From a bacterium (GTDB lineage Bacteria > UBA8248 > JACPRG01 > G963555815), in the NCBI GenBank assembly GCA_965218795.1, contig OZ244653.1, positions 1,536,001 to 1,600,000 of the forward strand: a stretch of DNA of 64,000 nucleotides. Direction: 5' to 3'. A program made the position numbers and the translations under genes. Below are positions 61,027-64,000 of the stretch, piece after piece (position 1 is the first letter of the stretch; each line of letters opens with the position of its first letter). Below the pieces are notes generated by a model. The model saw only the letters and a list, made by a program, of their open reading frames with translations, was not told the origin of the DNA and searched no databases.

Positions 61027-62091
61027 ATGTCCGACACCATCGAGGAAAAGCCTCCGAAACGATCCGCCGGGGCGCTCAAACAGCGCCGCGTTCCGCTACC
61101 TTGGCCGGAAAAGCGGGACTTTCGCATCCTTTCCATTGATGGCGGAGGTATCCGTGGGATATTTCCCGCCTGTTTCCTTGGAGGGCTAGAAGAACGTTAT
61201 CTCGGCGGTTCCTCGGTGGCTCAATATTTCGATCTCATCGTCGGAACCTCGACAGGCGGCATCATTGCCCTTGGGCTCGGTTCCGGGTTCCGAGCAGCCA
61301 AGCTGCGGAATCTTTACATCGAACGCGGATGCAAAATCTTCCCTCCCGTTCACAACGGCCCTATTGGAACTGCGGAACGCCGCCTGAGGGACTTCTGCAA
61401 ATATTTCAAGTTTCGTTACGATCGGAAGGCGCTCATGCGCATTTTGCGCGAGACTCTCGGCGACCGAAAATTCGGCGAGGCGCGGTCACGGCTGTGCATC
61501 CCTTCCTTCGATGGCCGATACGGTGAAGTGTATATATTCAAGACCCCGCATCATCCCGACTTCCGCAAGGATGCCAAGGAGCGTATGACGAAGGTGGCCG
61601 AAGCCACCGCGGCCGCACCGACGTTCTTCCAGCCGCTTGTAGATGGCGGTTATACGTTCGTTGACGGCGGGGTCTGGGCGAACAACCCCACTATGATCGC
61701 GTTGGTCGATGCGCTTTCATGTTTCTCCGTACCGCGTGAGCGCATCCGTATTCTGAGCCTGGGCTGCGGAGATGATCCATACGTCGTTGACGAACCGAAG
61801 GTGTCGCGAGGCGGCATCTTGGCTTGGCGCGACATCATTGATGCCGCGATGCGGCTTCAGTCCGCCAATGCCCTCGGGCAAGCCGGATTGCTGATTGGCG
61901 CGGATAGGATCATTCGGGCCGACGCGCCGACGAGCGAGCAAAAAATCGAAATGGATGACTGGAGCCGCGCAGTGACAGAGTTACCCAACGCAGCGGACGC
62001 AGCCCTCGACGAGTTGGGCCAAGCCGTGGCGTCGGTATTTCTCTCGGAGCCCGCCGCTCCTTACCAGCCAGTTCTCGTTTCGGCATCTTAA
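61027..62091 (+). CDS. capV: CBASS patatin-like phospholipase effector (CapV-like)
   Basis: ILSIDGGGIRG, FDLIVGTSTGG, FKTPHH, AAPTFF, DGGVWANNP, LSLGCG. Confidence 0.9.
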   Translation: MSDTIEEKPPKRSAGALKQRRVPLPWPEKRDFRILSIDGGGIRGIFPACFLGGLEERYLGGSSVAQYFDLIVGTSTGGIIALGLGSGFRAAKLRNLYIERGCKIFPPVHNGPIGTAERRLRDFCKYFKFRYDRKALMRILRETLGDRKFGEARSRLCIPSFDGRYGEVYIFKTPHHPDFRKDAKERMTKVAEATAAAPTFFQPLVDGGYTFVDGGVWANNPTMIALVDALSCFSVPRERIRILSLGCGDDPYVVDEPKVSRGGILAWRDIIDAAMRLQSANALGQAGLLIGADRIIRADAPTSEQKIEMDDWSRAVTELPNAADAALDELGQAVASVFLSEPAAPYQPVLVSAS

Positions 62092-62297
62092 GCAGCATTC
62101 ACCCGTATCCGCCGTGTAAGGATCTCCTTTGGTGTCGCCCTGAAAGTGCGAGACGGGTGGGGAACCGCTCTGGAGTACACGCCGCTGCGGGATTCCAGGG
62201 ACACCCTACAGAATGAATGACTTTCGGATGGGTGGGCCGTAGCGTCCGTGCACGGTCAGGGGCGCACGGGTCGTGGCCGTAGGGTTCTCGCCGCCGT

Positions 62298-63033
62298 CGG
62301 GCAACAAGGCTGCTCCGCCGCGTGAAGCCGAACGTCTATCTCCCCCCACCGGCTCGGCTGCGCCTTGCCGATTCCGTTTTAAGGGGGGGGAGTGATTTGA
62401 AGGACCCGGGGAGGGAGAGCAAGCGGCGCCCCACGAAAAAAGGCCCTGGAGACGCCTATGAAACGGCGTTGCAAGGATGTTGCAAGGGGCGTGCATTGCC
62501 TCTTTCTGATAAGTACCGATCGGCTTGTCTGGATTCCCGCTTTCGTCCGGCAACAAGGCCGCTCCGTCGCGTGAAGCGGAACAGCCGTGTCCCCCCACCG
62601 GAAAATCCGCAGGCTGCGCCCTTGATTTGCCGACTCCCCCTCAAGGGGGAGTGATGTATGAAGGGGCCGCACCGGCGGACCAGGTTTCTCCCGGGTGCGC
62701 TGTGTGGCCCTCAGCGGGGCGCCTGTCTGCCTGTCTGCCGGCCAGGCAAGCCGGCCCAGGCAGGCTGTCCGCCCATCCCGGCCCCACGGCGGTTCAAACC
62801 CCTCATGTCTTTAATTTGCCCCGGAAAAGGCGCTTGTTACGCGATGTTTAGGCGTTTGAGGCAGGAAAGCGACGGTCGGATTTTGGGGCGCAGGATCAGG
62901 CGTTCACGCGTACGTTTCGGAGCGCGCCGACGGCCCCCACCGCCACTTTTCCACGGTATTCCACGGTATCCCACGGTATCCCACGGATAAACACGGTATT
63001 TTCCCTCTCTACAGTTATTTACGATCCTGATCA
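62298..63033 (-). repeat. right arm of long imperfect inverted repeat, with an internal partial duplication
   Basis: Inverted homolog of 54311-54870; core 62797-62842 matches 45/46; CACGGTAT array at 62951-63000; ends CTACAGTTATTTACGATCCTGATCA. Confidence 0.88.
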
Positions 63034-63087
63034 TTGGCGATGGCCGCCCGGAGCGGGGAGAGGAAGGGATACGGCGATCGAGCGGGA

Positions 63088-64000
63088 TCAGGGTTTGGGG
63101 GCGGCGAAGAAGCGGTCGCGATCGGCGCTCTTGACGAGGATGGTCACGACGTCACCTTTTCGGATGACGGTCAGGCGGACTTCGTCCCCCGCCGCGTTCC
63201 GCCAGATTGCGCGGAAGTACTCCGACATCCGCCTCACGCGGCGCCCGTTGACGTGAGTGATCAGGTCCTTGAGCTTGAGTCCGGTTTGGCTTGCCGGGCC
63301 GCCCGGCGTGAGCCGCTCAAGGGTGAGGCCCCCCTCACCCACCTGGACGACGGTGCCCAGCCATGCTTTGGCCCCGGCCTTGGCCGGCGCCCGCATCTCC
63401 CGCTGCAGGGCATAGACCTCCTCCACCGGCACCACGAGTCCCGCAAATCCCGGGGTCGTTCGCCGGATGAAGGAGATGACGCCGACCACCTCGCCCTGAA
63501 GGTTCAGGAGCGGCCCCCCGCTGTAGCCGAGGCGGACAAAGGCGTCCGTCTGCAGGATCCGGTCCAGCATGAACTCCCAATAGCCGACAAACGGTCCGAC
63601 GGCGTTCAGCGTGCCCAGCGTGACCTCGCGATCGGTTCCCATCCCGCTTCCCACGATCACCACGCCCTGTCCCAGGCGCATGCCGACCGATCGGCCCAGG
63701 GGGAGCACGGGCAGGCCCTCCCCTTTCACGCGGAGAAACGCCAAGTCCCGGCGGCCATCGGATCGGGTCAACGCGGCCGGGAGCTTCCGGCCGTCTGTCA
63801 GCGTCACCATGATCCGGTCGCTGCCCATCACCACGTGATTGCTGGTCAGGATGAGGCCGGTGGGATCGATGAGAGTTCCGGTTCCCTTTCGAGCCTTGCC
63901 GAGGACTTGGGTTGCGGGGGCGCCCTGGGGTGAGTACGCCTCGATTTCGACGACCGCGGGAAGGGCCTGCTTCGCTACCTTGATGACGGCCTCGTACGGA
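63088..64000 (-). CDS. S1C (DegP/HtrA-like) trypsin-like serine protease with PDZ, 5'-partial
   Basis: Frame open to window edge; LILTSNHVV, DLAFL, GYSGGPLLNLQGEVVG, PDZ WLG...GGPASQTGL. Confidence 0.85.
   Translation of the reverse strand, partial: PYEAVIKVAKQALPAVVEIEAYSPQGAPATQVLGKARKGTGTLIDPTGLILTSNHVVMGSDRIMVTLTDGRKLPAALTRSDGRRDLAFLRVKGEGLPVLPLGRSVGMRLGQGVVIVGSGMGTDREVTLGTLNAVGPFVGYWEFMLDRILQTDAFVRLGYSGGPLLNLQGEVVGVISFIRRTTPGFAGLVVPVEEVYALQREMRAPAKAGAKAWLGTVVQVGEGGLTLERLTPGGPASQTGLKLKDLITHVNGRRVRRMSEYFRAIWRNAAGDEVRLTVIRKGDVVTILVKSADRDRFFAAPKP

Noticed and set aside
62951-63000. CRISPR array
   Set aside because: 10-bp tandem units with no spacers; no cas genes in the window.
54300-63045. 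Target-site duplication flanking the arm-bounded segment
   Set aside because: Flanks TTACGCGC and TTGGCGAT do not match, so transposition is not demonstrated.

Overview
GC-rich bacterial window that is mostly accessory catabolic genes, with a defence island near the right end. (1) 1.2-20.7 kb looks like an N-heterocycle/amide catabolic region. It holds a BMP-family ABC transporter, a single-chain triple-Rid protein, two DUF1989 proteins, an unannotated 53-aa ribbon-helix-helix (RHH) gene, AzlCD, two Mo-hydroxylase large subunits without their small/medium subunits, a decayed cyclic amidohydrolase and an N-carbamoylase. (2) 21-51 kb is a mix of oxidoreductases and hydrolases: a catabolic-type reductive dehalogenase whose real N-terminus is frameshifted, a stand-alone DMSO-reductase-family enzyme, UbiD, MBL, LLM/PPOX flavin enzymes, M20, cyclase and a macro domain. 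(3) After integrase and IS3 remnants (53.8-54.3 kb), an ~8.7 kb segment (54311-63033) is bounded by long imperfect inverted arms with TG...CA ends and phased 10-bp repeats. It carries an MmeI-like type IIL R-M enzyme and a CapH/CapP-type regulated, E2-only (type II short) CBASS with a patatin effector, but no transposase. The best candidates for something undescribed are the arm-bounded defence cassette, the DUF1989-RHH fusion with its free RHH partner, and the triple-Rid protein that appears to keep one active site. All family calls come from recognising motifs by eye; no searches were run.
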